Shown piece after piece: positions 10,821 to 21,308 of a stretch of 64,000 nt of DNA (positions are counted from its first letter, which is position 1; each line of letters begins with the position of its first letter). The notes beneath the pieces were generated by a model that did no database searches, was not told the DNA's origin, and was given only the letters and a program-made list of their open reading frames with translations. This DNA is from Candidatus Zixiibacteriota bacterium. Its GTDB lineage: Bacteria; Zixibacteria; MSB-5A5; UBA10806; 4484-95. The DNA lies in contig JAOZPT010000002.1 of assembly GCA_029932605.1 (NCBI GenBank), forward strand, positions 39,644 to 103,643, given 5' to 3'. Both the position numbers and the translations under genes were made by a program.

Positions 10821-12433
10821 TATCCCTTTCCCGAAAAATCTCTCTGAATAATCGTGTTTTTTCTGAAATTTTCATCATCCCTCTCTGGAAAATCAATATT
10901 ATAGTGAAGCCCACGGGACTCTTTGCGAAGTAAAGCTGATTTTATCAATATCAATGCAACATCAGCGATATTACGAAGCCTCAAAACCTCTTGACGAATA
11001 GGATTTTTCTTATAGAACTGCCTTATGTGTTTGCGCATCATCATACAACGATCGTAGGCCTTCTTCAGACGGTTTTTCGAGCGTACAATACCGACATAAT
11101 CCCACATCAGCATACGGATCGTCTGTAAATCATGGGAAACAATAACCCACTCATGATGGTCAAATACACCGGATTCATCCCATGGAGGGAGAGCAAAGGT
11201 TTTTCTTTTTTTGAGCGAGGAGAAGTTTTTGATAGTCCATCGAGCGGCGAAATCGGCAAATGCAACGGCCTCTAAAAGAGAATTCGAGGCCAAACGGTTT
11301 GCGCCATGCATACCGGTGCATGCTACTTCGCCAGCCGCAAGAAGATTCTTTATCGAGGTGCACCCGTTTATATCCGTAAGGACACCTCCACAGAAGTAAT
11401 GGGCTGCGGGCACAACCGGTATCGGCTCTTTAACCGGATCAATACCCAGACTTCGACATTTTTTGACTATGGTTGGGAATCGCCTTTCAATAAAAGTCTT
11501 ACTCCGATGAGAAATGTCTAAATAAACACATTCATTGCCAGTTTCTTTTAAAACCTCATCTATGGCTCTAGCAACAACATCACGAGGGGCAAGCTCCGCC
11601 ATTGGATGATAACCCTCCATGAAACGTTCGCCATTTGATGACAGAAGTACTCCACCCTCACCGCGAAGCGCTTCCGTTATCAAAAACGGTTTATCGTCAG
11701 TTGTATAAAGCCGCGTTGGGTGAAACTGGACAAACTCGAGGTTTGCAATTTTCGCTCCGGCACGATATGCCATGGCTACACCATCGCCGGTAGCAATATC
11801 AGGATTGGTTGTATGTTGATATACGTATCCCGCACCACCTGTAGCAAGCATAGTCAAATTGGCGTTTAACGTCTTCACCTTGTTTAGCTTGTTATCGTAA
11901 ACATAAACACCATAACAGGTCAGTTTGCTTTTGGGTATTTTCTTTCCAAGACGATATTGAGTAATGATATCAATCGCGGTATGCTCCTCGAACAAGTCGA
12001 TATTTTCATAACCCGCCAGAGAATTCAAAAGCGCCATCTCAATATTACGTCCTGTATGATCTGCAGAATGGACTACACGATTATGGGAATGCCCACCTTC
12101 CCGGCCAAGGTCGTATTTCCCACGACAATGGGAAAACTGGACACCAAGGTTAACAAGTTCCTTTATGTATTCAGGTCCTCTTTTCACAACTCTTTTTACG
12201 ACCTCTTCGTCACAGAGGCCACAACCTGTTTTTAAAGTGTCTTCAATATGGTTCTTATAGCTGTCGGTTTTATCAAATACCGAAGCAATACCCCCCTGAG
12301 CATAGTTGGTCGAAGTGTCGATACGGTTCTTTTTGGTGATAATGGCTATTTTCCCCAGACGAACTGTTTTAAGAGCGTACATCAAACCTGCTATACCAGA
12401 ACCGATAACCAGGATGTCATAATTTTCGCTCAT
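10820..12433 (-). CDS. nadB: L-aspartate oxidase
   Basis: [43 protein letters not shown]. Confidence 0.95.
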   Translation of the reverse strand: MSENYDILVIGSGIAGLMYALKTVRLGKIAIITKKNRIDTSTNYAQGGIASVFDKTDSYKNHIEDTLKTGCGLCDEEVVKRVVKRGPEYIKELVNLGVQFSHCRGKYDLGREGGHSHNRVVHSADHTGRNIEMALLNSLAGYENIDLFEEHTAIDIITQYRLGKKIPKSKLTCYGVYVYDNKLNKVKTLNANLTMLATGGAGYVYQHTTNPDIATGDGVAMAYRAGAKIANLEFVQFHPTRLYTTDDKPFLITEALRGEGGVLLSSNGERFMEGYHPMAELAPRDVVARAIDEVLKETGNECVYLDISHRSKTFIERRFPTIVKKCRSLGIDPVKEPIPVVPAAHYFCGGVLTDINGCTSIKNLLAAGEVACTGMHGANRLASNSLLEAVAFADFAARWTIKNFSSLKKRKTFALPPWDESGVFDHHEWVIVSHDLQTIRMLMWDYVGIVRSKNRLKKAYDRCMMMRKHIRQFYKKNPIRQEVLRLRNIADVALILIKSALLRKESRGLHYNIDFPERDDENFRKNTIIQRDFSGKG

Positions 12434-13428
12434 AATCCCAATAGCTTCTCAAAAATGGATGCATCGCTTACTTCAATTTCTAACACACTAAAATATACAT
12501 CAATATTCCCAAAATCAAAACCCCCAATTTTAACTGCATCCTTGTTTGTGGTTAAAATACAATCTGCACCGTAACACATAGCCTCTTCTTTCAGCATATC
12601 AATATCCCTTTGAGTATAACGATGGTGGTCTTTAAAACAAATGAATTTCCGGGGCTTGATATTTACTTTTTCCAGGCTATGCTTAAATTTTACCGGAACA
12701 CAAATCCCGCAGAAGGCGATAGGTTTTTTTGAAACTATATCATCAACGTTGAAAGATTCTTTTGACTTTAGATGCGTAAATCCAATTATCGAAGACGATG
12801 ACCGGAATATCTTTGCTTGAAAATTCATATTTATCATATGTTTCCCTCTTGCACTGAGGTCATCACAGGATGTGTAAATTATAATGTTGGCTCTTTTCAA
12901 TGCCAGAGGTCCCTCGCGCAACAAGCCCATCGGAAGATAACCACCCGGGCCCAATGGTTTAGTCTGGTCAAGGCATACTATATCAACATCACGGTCAAGT
13001 TTGCGATGCTGGAAACCATCGTCAATGATTATCAGCTCGGCTCCGTCGATAGCAGCTTTTCGGGCAGCTTTTGTTTTGGAACCAGCTACATAAACTCTAA
13101 CATCCTTATTGTTCTGGAATATCTCTAACGGCTCATCGCCGGCATCCAGCCAGTTTGATTTATCATCCAGCTCAATAAGTCCTTTTTCAATACGTTTATA
13201 ACCTTTAGCTACAACGGCGGTCTTAAATCCAGCTCTCGCCGCCAAATTGGCGATATGAATTACAATCGGTGTTTTGCCAGTACCGCCGGCTACGATGTTC
13301 CCTACAGAAATCACCTTGCAGGGAAGTTTCACTTTGGGAGCCAGCCGCCAATAGATATCCCACAATAAAACGAATCCCCTGTAAACCAGTGAAAATGGCC
13401 ACAGAAAAAGCCGCCATCGGCCAGACAT
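12430..13428 (-). CDS. lpxK: Tetraacyldisaccharide 4'-kinase
   Basis: SVGNIVAGGTGKTP, GDEP, DDGFQH, PMGLLRE, FKDHH. Confidence 0.95.
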   Translation of the reverse strand: MSGRWRLFLWPFSLVYRGFVLLWDIYWRLAPKVKLPCKVISVGNIVAGGTGKTPIVIHIANLAARAGFKTAVVAKGYKRIEKGLIELDDKSNWLDAGDEPLEIFQNNKDVRVYVAGSKTKAARKAAIDGAELIIIDDGFQHRKLDRDVDIVCLDQTKPLGPGGYLPMGLLREGPLALKRANIIIYTSCDDLSARGKHMINMNFQAKIFRSSSSIIGFTHLKSKESFNVDDIVSKKPIAFCGICVPVKFKHSLEKVNIKPRKFICFKDHHRYTQRDIDMLKEEAMCYGADCILTTNKDAVKIGGFDFGNIDVYFSVLEIEVSDASIFEKLLGL

Positions 13429-14684
13429 TAAATTAACTCCACCAGCTTTTGGGCAATCCTTTTTGAAATCCCTGAACCAGATACAACCGTCTGCCTGGCT
13501 TTCTCACCCATAACCTCCGCAATCTTCTTGTCTGCTGAAACCTCCTTTACCAAATGTGCCAGTTCCCTGCCGTTTTTTACATAAACAGCACCACCGGACT
13601 GAACAAGAAGGTCCGCAAACACACGGCTGTTGTCCATATAAGGTCCAAAACAGACCATACATCCCGCTGAGGCTGGTTCAAGAGGGTCATGCCCTCCTAA
13701 TGGCTCAAACGATCCACCTACGAATGCCAGGTCAGCAAAACGATATAGTCCCCCCAATTCACCCATGGTATCAAGAACAAGAACAGGATTTTCAATATCA
13801 CCAGCCCTTTGCAAACCGGTTCTTTTAATATAACTTATATTAAACGATTTTAAACTCTTCTCAACCAGCTTAGAGTCCTTCATATGACGGGGGGCAATAA
13901 TTGTTTTAATGTTATTGATATCTCTTCTTATATCATAAATTGCTTTGATTACCTCCATTATTTCACCAGCCCGCACCGAACCCGCTATGAAAACAAATTT
14001 ATCTTCTTCATTTATAAAATCCACAAGCTCTTTCGCGGATGGTTTAATATCTCGAATTAGTGCCTGGTCGAATTTGGTATTACCATGGACACCCACACTT
14101 GAAGGTAACGCCCCGAGCTCGATAAATCTTTTGCAGTCGCTATCGGTCTGTGCCATTAATAAATCTACGCTTTGTAACACCGATGAGAAAAGAAACTTAA
14201 AAATTTTATAGAATCGAAATGACTCTCTGGAAATTCTGCCATTAACGATGACAATTTTTACACCTTTTTTCTTCAACTGCTTTATTAAAACAGGCCATAT
14301 CTCCGTTTCAACAAGCACTAAAAGCACCGGCCTGATTTTTCGTTTAACCATGTTAACCGCGAATATCGTATCTAAAGGCAAGTAATATATATCAGCTGAT
14401 GGAAATAACTTTCCGGCCATTTTCTTTCCGGTTTTGGTGATGGTGGTAATGACTATCCGAATATCGGGGATTATCTCATTCAGCCTGGGAAGGATTGTTG
14501 CGATAACTTTAAGTTCCCCCATCGAGGCTGCGTGAAACCATATCGTCTTCCTATCATCAGGCACAAAATCCCATATGCCGAGCCTTTCCTTTAATCCATG
14601 TCCACCGATTAATGCCCGCAACACCAAGTATGGCCAGGATATCAAAAGCGCCAATAAAAAAACAATTCTATATATTAAGTACAA
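13428..14684 (-). CDS. waaA: 3-deoxy-D-manno-octulosonic acid (Kdo) transferase
   Basis: WFHAASMGE, ETEIWP, NGRIS, APRH, DTMGEL, GGSF..GGHDPLEPA. Confidence 0.95.
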   Translation of the reverse strand: MYLIYRIVFLLALLISWPYLVLRALIGGHGLKERLGIWDFVPDDRKTIWFHAASMGELKVIATILPRLNEIIPDIRIVITTITKTGKKMAGKLFPSADIYYLPLDTIFAVNMVKRKIRPVLLVLVETEIWPVLIKQLKKKGVKIVIVNGRISRESFRFYKIFKFLFSSVLQSVDLLMAQTDSDCKRFIELGALPSSVGVHGNTKFDQALIRDIKPSAKELVDFINEEDKFVFIAGSVRAGEIMEVIKAIYDIRRDINNIKTIIAPRHMKDSKLVEKSLKSFNISYIKRTGLQRAGDIENPVLVLDTMGELGGLYRFADLAFVGGSFEPLGGHDPLEPASAGCMVCFGPYMDNSRVFADLLVQSGGAVYVKNGRELAHLVKEVSADKKIAEVMGEKARQTVVSGSGISKRIAQKLVELI

Positions 14685-15322
14685 CTTCCCACCTCGTTTA
14701 ATACATCAGCTAAGATATGACTGTGACGTTTAATTTGCATTTGGCTTTTGACGTTTTCCAAAAGTATCGGTTGACCGTACTGCACAACAATCTCCGCAAA
14801 AGGTTTGGGTATTTGAAAACGGTCCCAGGATGAAAGCACCCATTTCTTCGAACTATTGCAGGATACCGGTATAATAGGCAAACCCGATCTGGAGGCTAAA
14901 AATATCACTCCGGGCTTGACAATTCCTCGGGGACCTTTGGGTCCATCAACCGTTATCGCTAAGTCTTTAGCCTTCTCATTTTTTATCATCCCGAAAAGAC
15001 CGGAAACTCCCATCTTTGTCGATGAGCCTCGGATAGGGTAATAGCCCATACGCTTAACTATGCGAGCAATGATCTCACCATCGATATGAGTCGATATCAG
15101 AATGCCAATATTTCTATTGCGGTGAGTATAACAAAGACTGAGAATACGGTTATGCCAGAAACAGAATATTACTTTACCGTATTTTGCCCTGCACTGATTT
15201 AGCTCGGTTTTGCCCACATATCTTATTTTCCATGTTGAGCCGATAAGTTTGATAATAAACGGCCCGAGAAAACGAGCAACAAACAGTAAAAGTTTTTGCT
15301 TTAATGTGAAGCTCTTGTCCAT
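14675..15322 (-). CDS. DUF374 lysophospholipid acyltransferase family (LpxJ-like candidate secondary lipid A acyltransferase)
   Basis: FWHNR, STHIDGE, RGSS, TVDGPKGP, SWDRFQIPKPF; located inside the lpx cluster. Confidence 0.85.
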   Translation of the reverse strand: MDKSFTLKQKLLLFVARFLGPFIIKLIGSTWKIRYVGKTELNQCRAKYGKVIFCFWHNRILSLCYTHRNRNIGILISTHIDGEIIARIVKRMGYYPIRGSSTKMGVSGLFGMIKNEKAKDLAITVDGPKGPRGIVKPGVIFLASRSGLPIIPVSCNSSKKWVLSSWDRFQIPKPFAEIVVQYGQPILLENVKSQMQIKRHSHILADVLNEVGSCT

Positions 15323-15621
15323 TATAATAGGAAATATTAATCTACAAACCAGTCAAAGTCAATTTTAATGTAGTTACAATTAAGATATAGTGAACCTTTA
15401 ATAGTTGACCCTTTCCAGAGTTAATTAAAAACTGGCTTTTTCTGAGATAGGTGCGAGGCTGGAAAACATCGCCTATTAGGGTGGTGTTTTTGAAAACTGT
15501 AATTTTGAGATTTTTTAGTGGAACTCCTCGTATAATTCTAACTGACTTAAAAAATTATTGACATAATTAAATATAGTGGCACAGCATTTTTGTGTTTGAA
15601 AAATAGTCAGTGAACTTTGTT

Positions 15622-15964
15622 ATGATAAAAGCAAAATTACCTAAAGCCATTATTGGTAATTATTGGCTAGTTATTGTTGTATTCCTTTTTACCACTCTAT
15701 TTCAAGAAGTATCAGCTCAGTGGCAAGTTACTGGAGCTATAATCAGAGACCCTATTAGTCCTATTGACGACGAGATTATTATCCCTGACCAGTATTGTAT
15801 TACTAAACATTAGTATCTTGGATGGTGGAAGATTGGGTACTCCAGTAATATTTTCAGATAATTTTGCGATTTCTCCTGATTTGTGTGGCGGATTTTATTG
15901 TGTCTGGGAAGGAGGTTGTATATTTTTACAACATGAAGTAAGAAATTTGCCTTTAATGGCCTGA
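15622..15964 (+). pseudogene. Probable decayed fragment of a secreted repeat protein
   Basis: Signal peptide ...QEVSA|QWQVTG ends at a stop at 15813; an overlapping second frame continues to 15964 with ISPDLCGGFYCVWE; antisense to the lpx operon. Confidence 0.4.
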
Positions 15965-15965
15965 T

Positions 15966-17108
15966 TTATGTTTTCGTAATATCACTTTGCATTAGCTCCA
16001 CCGCCGCTACAGCCGCTTTTTTTGCTGCACCCGAATCACCCAGCTTTGATTTTATATGTGATAACTGCTCTTTAACCAGCCGGTAATATTTATCATCCTC
16101 AAGATATTTCATGGTGATATCAGCGATATTTTCAGCGGTGCAATCATTTTGAATCAGTTCCGGCACAATCCGTTTGCCAGCCACCACATTGACCAGACCG
16201 ATATCGGGAATTTTTACCAGGTTACGGGCTATACAATACGTTACAAACGAGGTCTTATAAACAACAACCATGGGCGTGCCGATTATTGCACATTCCAACG
16301 TTGCGGTGCCGGAACAGACAATATTCATCTTAGCATATGCCATAAGCTCATAATTGATACCCTCAAGAACGGTAACATTGATACCATAGCGGTCGATTAT
16401 CTCTCTATAAACCGATTCATCTAAAGCTGGAGATCTACTGATAACGCCCTTGATGTTTTTGTCTTTAATTATTTTCAAAGCCGATAGCATCTCCGGTAAA
16501 ATCTTTTTGACCTCCTGCTCTCTTGAACCGGGGAATAATCCAATTAAAATATCATTATCCTCAAGGTCAGCTTTGTGGCGGAACTCTTCCTCTGTTAAAG
16601 ATATCTTTACCGTATCTATAAGGGGATGACCAACCCATTTGACCGGAATGGCCGCTTTTTCGTAGATATCTTTCTCAAACTCGAAAATTGTCGCCATCAT
16701 ATCGACACTATTTCTTATCTTGTTAACACGCTTTTCGCCCCAGGCCCATATCTGTGGACTGATGTAATAAAAAATTTTAACGCCGCGTTTTTTTAATTTT
16801 GGTGCCAGGCGAAGGTTGAATCCGGGGTAATCAATAAGCACTGCCATTTTCGGTTGAAGCTCGTCCGCCAGGGAAAGGAGCTCTTTTTTAACATGACGCA
16901 GAAACCATAAATTTCTTAACACCTCCCAAAACCCAAAAAAGGCCAGACTTTTAATATGATAAGTGAGATTGACACCAGCCTTAGCCATCATATCGCCACC
17001 AAGTCCAAAAAATCTGCAATCCGGTCGAATTTGTAAAAATTCTCGAACGAAACCAGCACCATGCATGTCGCCTGAGGCTTCACCTGCAATTATCAAAATA
17101 TGGTTCAT
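15966..17108 (-). CDS. lpxB: Lipid-A-disaccharide synthase
   Basis: AGEASGD, IDYPGFN, YYISPQIWAW, VGHPL, PGSR, SGTATLE. Confidence 0.97.
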   Translation of the reverse strand: MNHILIIAGEASGDMHGAGFVREFLQIRPDCRFFGLGGDMMAKAGVNLTYHIKSLAFFGFWEVLRNLWFLRHVKKELLSLADELQPKMAVLIDYPGFNLRLAPKLKKRGVKIFYYISPQIWAWGEKRVNKIRNSVDMMATIFEFEKDIYEKAAIPVKWVGHPLIDTVKISLTEEEFRHKADLEDNDILIGLFPGSREQEVKKILPEMLSALKIIKDKNIKGVISRSPALDESVYREIIDRYGINVTVLEGINYELMAYAKMNIVCSGTATLECAIIGTPMVVVYKTSFVTYCIARNLVKIPDIGLVNVVAGKRIVPELIQNDCTAENIADITMKYLEDDKYYRLVKEQLSHIKSKLGDSGAAKKAAVAAVELMQSDITKT

Positions 17109-18088
17109 AGATTTTTCTGGTATTCGATACAGAGTTGCTCGATATGTTTAGCCACTTTCAAAGCGGAAAAGCCAGCCTCTCCCGAGACGGCAGGCGGATG
17201 TTTTCCCTTGACCGCATCGATAAATGAATTTATCTCCATCTGAAGACTATCAGTGGAGGGGATATCAATATCCTCCCTGACAATGACTCGTCCGTCGGGA
17301 AGGTTAAATCGTGAGAATAACCCAGCATTCTTTGCCAATGGCGAATCAGGTTCAGTCAGAATAAAAGATTCCAGCTCTGATGACGCCATATCCATCGAAA
17401 TATAGCCTGATTTCTGGAAAACCCTAAGTTTTCGCATCTCCTTTAAAGATATCCGGCTGGCGGTTATATTAGCCACACAACCGGTGGGAAATGTCAGACG
17501 GGCGTTGACTATATCAAGCGTATCTGTGATAACTCCTACTCCTGCGGCTTCAACCGATGAGGGTTCACTGCCTATGATATCCAGAAGGAGGTCGATATCG
17601 TGAATCATCAAATCGAGTATCACAGCCACATCATGACCTCGACCCTTAAAAGAGGCTAATCTGTGAGTTTCTACAAAGCGGGGTTTATCTATCTTTAGCC
17701 TGGCCGCCTGGTAGACCGGATTAAATCTTTCGCTATGGCCTATCTGTAATACCGCATTGTTCTTCCTGGCTGCCTCAACAATCTTCTCGGCAGAATCCAA
17801 ATCAGGAGCGATGGGCTTTTCCAGAAGCACCGCTATTTTATTTTCAAGAAATGGTAAAGAGCATTCGAGATGGTTTTGAGTTGGAACGGCAATGCAGACC
17901 GCCTTGACCTCACCGATAAATTCTGTCAACGACCTAAAAACCCGGCAATTGAATTCAGAGGCAACCTCCTGGGCTTTATCCGAAACGATGTCAAAACACC
18001 CAATGAAATCTACATCAGGTGAAGATGTAAGTTTGGCGGCGTGGAATTTTCCCATATGCCCACAGCCTATTAACCCAGCCCTGACTAT
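17105..18088 (-). CDS. Gfo/Idh/MocA oxidoreductase, GnnA-like (UDP-GlcNAc 3-dehydrogenase candidate)
   Basis: EKP, GHSERFNP, DLMIHDID, TASRIS. The Rossmann motif RAGLIGCGHMG begins upstream of the tracked ATG (18055), so the start is placed at ATA 18088. Confidence 0.85.
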   Translation of the reverse strand: MVRAGLIGCGHMGKFHAAKLTSSPDVDFIGCFDIVSDKAQEVASEFNCRVFRSLTEFIGEVKAVCIAVPTQNHLECSLPFLENKIAVLLEKPIAPDLDSAEKIVEAARKNNAVLQIGHSERFNPVYQAARLKIDKPRFVETHRLASFKGRGHDVAVILDLMIHDIDLLLDIIGSEPSSVEAAGVGVITDTLDIVNARLTFPTGCVANITASRISLKEMRKLRVFQKSGYISMDMASSELESFILTEPDSPLAKNAGLFSRFNLPDGRVIVREDIDIPSTDSLQMEINSFIDAVKGKHPPAVSGEAGFSALKVAKHIEQLCIEYQKNL

Positions 18089-18858
18089 TTGATTACTCCT
18101 CTTTCTGATGAGCGGATAAAATCGACTACCCGTTTAACCTCCGAAATCATTTCAATCTCTTCCTCTATCTTCTTTAAGGCCTCAGATGTTTTGAGCTTTT
18201 TGGAGAGCAAAAAATGAAATGCCTTTTTCAATTTTAAGATGACGTCTGCAGAAAACCCTCTTCGTTTAAGGCCGATTGTGTTCAGACCCAGGCATCTCAA
18301 TGGGTACCCGGCATCCAGACTGAAAGGTATTATATCCTGAGTAATCCGGAAACCACCACCCACCATCACATGTTCACCTATCTTACAAAACTGGTGGATC
18401 ACTGTGCCCCCTCCTATTATGGTATAATCGCCAATCTCGACATGGCCTCCCATCTCCACGCAGTTGGCGATTATAACATCAGAACCTATTATGCAATCAT
18501 GAGCGACATGCGAATAGGCCATGAACAGACAGTTATTACCAATTTCGGATTTTCCATGGGCAGCGGTGCCACGGTTTAACGTAACATACTCACGGATTAT
18601 GCAGTTTGCACCAACTACGAGTTCGGTTTTCTCGCCAGCATATTTAAGATCCTGTGGAGGACCGGCTATGGCTGCGCCATGATATATCTTACAACCCGGA
18701 CCTATATGTGCCCCTGATTTTATTGAGACATGCGAATCGATCCAGACATTTTCACCGATGAGGACATCATCCTCGATAATCGAGTAAGGCCCAATTGTGA
18801 CACTGTCAGATATTTTTTTCAGATTTGCTATTATTGCGGTCTGGTGTATGTCCGGCAT
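18085..18858 (-). CDS. lpxA: Acyl-ACP--UDP-N-acetylglucosamine O-acyltransferase
   Basis: Hexapeptide repeats, PQDLKY, IREYVTLNRGT, HVAHDC, HQF, GLNTIGLKRRGF. Confidence 0.97.
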   Translation of the reverse strand: MPDIHQTAIIANLKKISDSVTIGPYSIIEDDVLIGENVWIDSHVSIKSGAHIGPGCKIYHGAAIAGPPQDLKYAGEKTELVVGANCIIREYVTLNRGTAAHGKSEIGNNCLFMAYSHVAHDCIIGSDVIIANCVEMGGHVEIGDYTIIGGGTVIHQFCKIGEHVMVGGGFRITQDIIPFSLDAGYPLRCLGLNTIGLKRRGFSADVILKLKKAFHFLLSKKLKTSEALKKIEEEIEMISEVKRVVDFIRSSERGVIK

Positions 18859-18919
18859 TGTAATTGTGCCTCAGCCGTAAAATCTTTCTATGTTCATTTC
18901 ATAATATGGAATCATTGCC

Positions 18920-20167
18920 TTACTTACCTCTCGGCCCACCGTAAAGCCCCATATCCGAGCGACTGCCATCGTTATCTGTTATCTCTGGGTCGCCTGCGTT
19001 AATACATGGCGAGTCCGGCCTGAGATGGTAATCGTTCTGGCCGACAAACATCGGTTCAACCGAGATATTACCTGATTTATCTGTAAGGTCCGGCATATCA
19101 CGATACTCGCCATCATGATTATTGTAAATATTATTGTGCGATATGATAAAGTTTTTAAGATAACCGTAGTTCCAGAGACCAACCCGTGGGCAAACCCATT
19201 CCTCCCGCCAGCCATTTTCGGTTACGATATTATTGGCAAACCGCCCACTGCAAACATCCGACCATATAGCCAATCCACAGTTGCCGTTTTTCGTTACCAC
19301 ATTATTGGTGACATCCATATAGGCTTTGTTGGTGACAATTATTCCCCAACCCAGATTATCGGTCACCAGATTATTGGAGACAATCGCCCGGCTAGCACCG
19401 AAAGCTCCAATACCTTTCCAGTAGTTGCTGATCTTGTTTCGATATATTTGCGCGGATGCATCCCAAGTAATGCCGATTCCGGCGCCACGACCACCGTTGA
19501 TATCGTTGTCGGCTATAACGGCAGTAGCCCCACGATATAAGGCTATTCCATCCCAGCCGTTGTTGAAGAACCGATTACCCAGGATGAATAGTTCAGCCCC
19601 CTCACGGCCGAATACTCCTCCGATACCCACTGCTAACTCCTCAGGCCGGTCAGTGTTGTCAGCAATCAAACACTCTAATACAGTAACCCTCGAGTTGCGC
19701 ACAACTATAGCGGCATCAGTAGCGTTACCGTCAGGATCGCGTTTACCGCCCGTGATTTTTACTTTAGTAATAACTGAATTAGGAGAATTTAAAAAGAGCA
19801 CACCGTAACCCGCATTGGTTACAAGTGTTGTCGAATCCACTCCAGAACCTATAACAGTCAAACTTTTATCCTTTATAAGAAAACCATAGCTGGCTTTTAC
19901 TTTTGTAATATGGGTTTCGCAGTTACCGCAGAGCGTTTCTGCAAATGCATGTGTTTTCGATTCGAATAATCCCGGGCCTATCCTGATAGTATCATCATCG
20001 ACTGCATTATCTATGGCTGTTTGAAAATCATCATAAAAATTTATCTTGATACCCGTAGTGTCCTTACTAAGACCGATCCGGTGCTCGAATGTGCTATCGC
20101 CAACGTATACAACAGCACCATTTGAAATAATGGCGCTTAACAAGACAATTATCAGTCCAAACCTCAT
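18920..20167 (-). CDS. Secreted right-handed parallel beta-helix protein
   Basis: Signal peptide, repeated N-x-I-x-x-N/GI strands, C-terminal YHLRPDSPCINAG...SDMGLYGGP. Confidence 0.8.
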   Translation of the reverse strand: MRFGLIIVLLSAIISNGAVVYVGDSTFEHRIGLSKDTTGIKINFYDDFQTAIDNAVDDDTIRIGPGLFESKTHAFAETLCGNCETHITKVKASYGFLIKDKSLTVIGSGVDSTTLVTNAGYGVLFLNSPNSVITKVKITGGKRDPDGNATDAAIVVRNSRVTVLECLIADNTDRPEELAVGIGGVFGREGAELFILGNRFFNNGWDGIALYRGATAVIADNDINGGRGAGIGITWDASAQIYRNKISNYWKGIGAFGASRAIVSNNLVTDNLGWGIIVTNKAYMDVTNNVVTKNGNCGLAIWSDVCSGRFANNIVTENGWREEWVCPRVGLWNYGYLKNFIISHNNIYNNHDGEYRDMPDLTDKSGNISVEPMFVGQNDYHLRPDSPCINAGDPEITDNDGSRSDMGLYGGPRGK

Positions 20168-20231
20168 GTAGGATATATATAATTTCGCCTTCTCCAGGTC
20201 AATCCGTTTTTAAACTGACATCATTTCAAAC

Positions 20232-20258
20232 AAAAAGGGGAAAAGCCAATTCCCCTTT
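20232..20258 (-). terminator. Rho-independent terminator after the gld-type operon
   Basis: AAAGGGGAA...TTCCCCTTT hairpin with a U-tract on the minus strand. Confidence 0.6.
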
Positions 20259-20296
20259 AATCTCTACTGACAAGTTTTATTATATCTCAATAGTTC

Positions 20297-21298
20297 TCAA
20301 TCTTTTTCAAACGGCTTTTCAAATAGCGAGCTGAAATAGTAATTCGTTACCTTATAAACAAATGGCTTACCTTTAACCATTGCATAAACGTTTTTAGATG
20401 TCGTATCGATCATGTTGCCGAACTCAAAGCTTATCGTCTCACCATCGGTGGTGGTTATGCTGGCAATATACTTCGGCTTGGCAAAACCTAATTCAGCCGG
20501 GTTATCTGGCTTAAATATATCGTTACCTCTGATAGTTGTGAGCCGGTTCAAAATGTTCTGTATGTCTTTATCCTCAAGTATCTTTCCCTTTTTCGGTTTG
20601 ATCTGCTGCCAGACATATTTTATCGGCTCAAGAGTATCCTCTGTGGCCTGTTCCTTTTTCTCAAACAGGTATTTTTTACGTTTAGCGACAATCTCGATTG
20701 ATTTAACATCGTCTTTGTTGACATCGGCCATCTTTAGCTCGGTCCACCTATTGACGGGCATTTTCTTTGAGGGTTCAGCCTGCCATACCGCAAAGCGAGA
20801 AATGAAATTCTCGTTAACCATATAAACGGTGTCACTATTGTAATTGCGAATAAAGCTCGACCGAGAGGCCTGTTTCACGCCCTTACCAACTAGAAAATGA
20901 GCAACCTCTGATGAATCAGGACCTAAAAACTCGAGGTGCAACGCCAAACTATCAGTGATTTCATAGTCATCGAAAAGCTCCGGTTTGGTAGAGCGGATTT
21001 CACCCTTGATGTTTTTTGCATCTTGAAGGATTTTTTCGATATCGCTTTGTTTGCCAGGAACATCATAATACGATGAGATAACCCACTGCCCCTCTTTTTT
21101 GGCAAATGCTAAACCGGAATCTGGATATTCCTGCTTGTAAACCTTTATGTAACTGACGCTGGAGGGATTCAAATCGGGGAATAGTTGAATGAAGCTTTCC
21201 GTTGCACTTTTCCTGCCGGTAGATAAATTTTGAATTATATAGACAATTATAAGAACCCCCAGAACCGACAACAGAACAATAAAGCTCTTGTTTCTCAT
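20297..21298 (-). CDS. DUF4340 domain protein (accessory to the Gld-type ABC transporter)
   Basis: N-terminal membrane anchor, two repeated units; typical position after GldG. Confidence 0.75.
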   Translation of the reverse strand: MRNKSFIVLLSVLGVLIIVYIIQNLSTGRKSATESFIQLFPDLNPSSVSYIKVYKQEYPDSGLAFAKKEGQWVISSYYDVPGKQSDIEKILQDAKNIKGEIRSTKPELFDDYEITDSLALHLEFLGPDSSEVAHFLVGKGVKQASRSSFIRNYNSDTVYMVNENFISRFAVWQAEPSKKMPVNRWTELKMADVNKDDVKSIEIVAKRKKYLFEKKEQATEDTLEPIKYVWQQIKPKKGKILEDKDIQNILNRLTTIRGNDIFKPDNPAELGFAKPKYIASITTTDGETISFEFGNMIDTTSKNVYAMVKGKPFVYKVTNYYFSSLFEKPFEKD

Positions 21299-21308
21299 TT
21301 AACTCACC

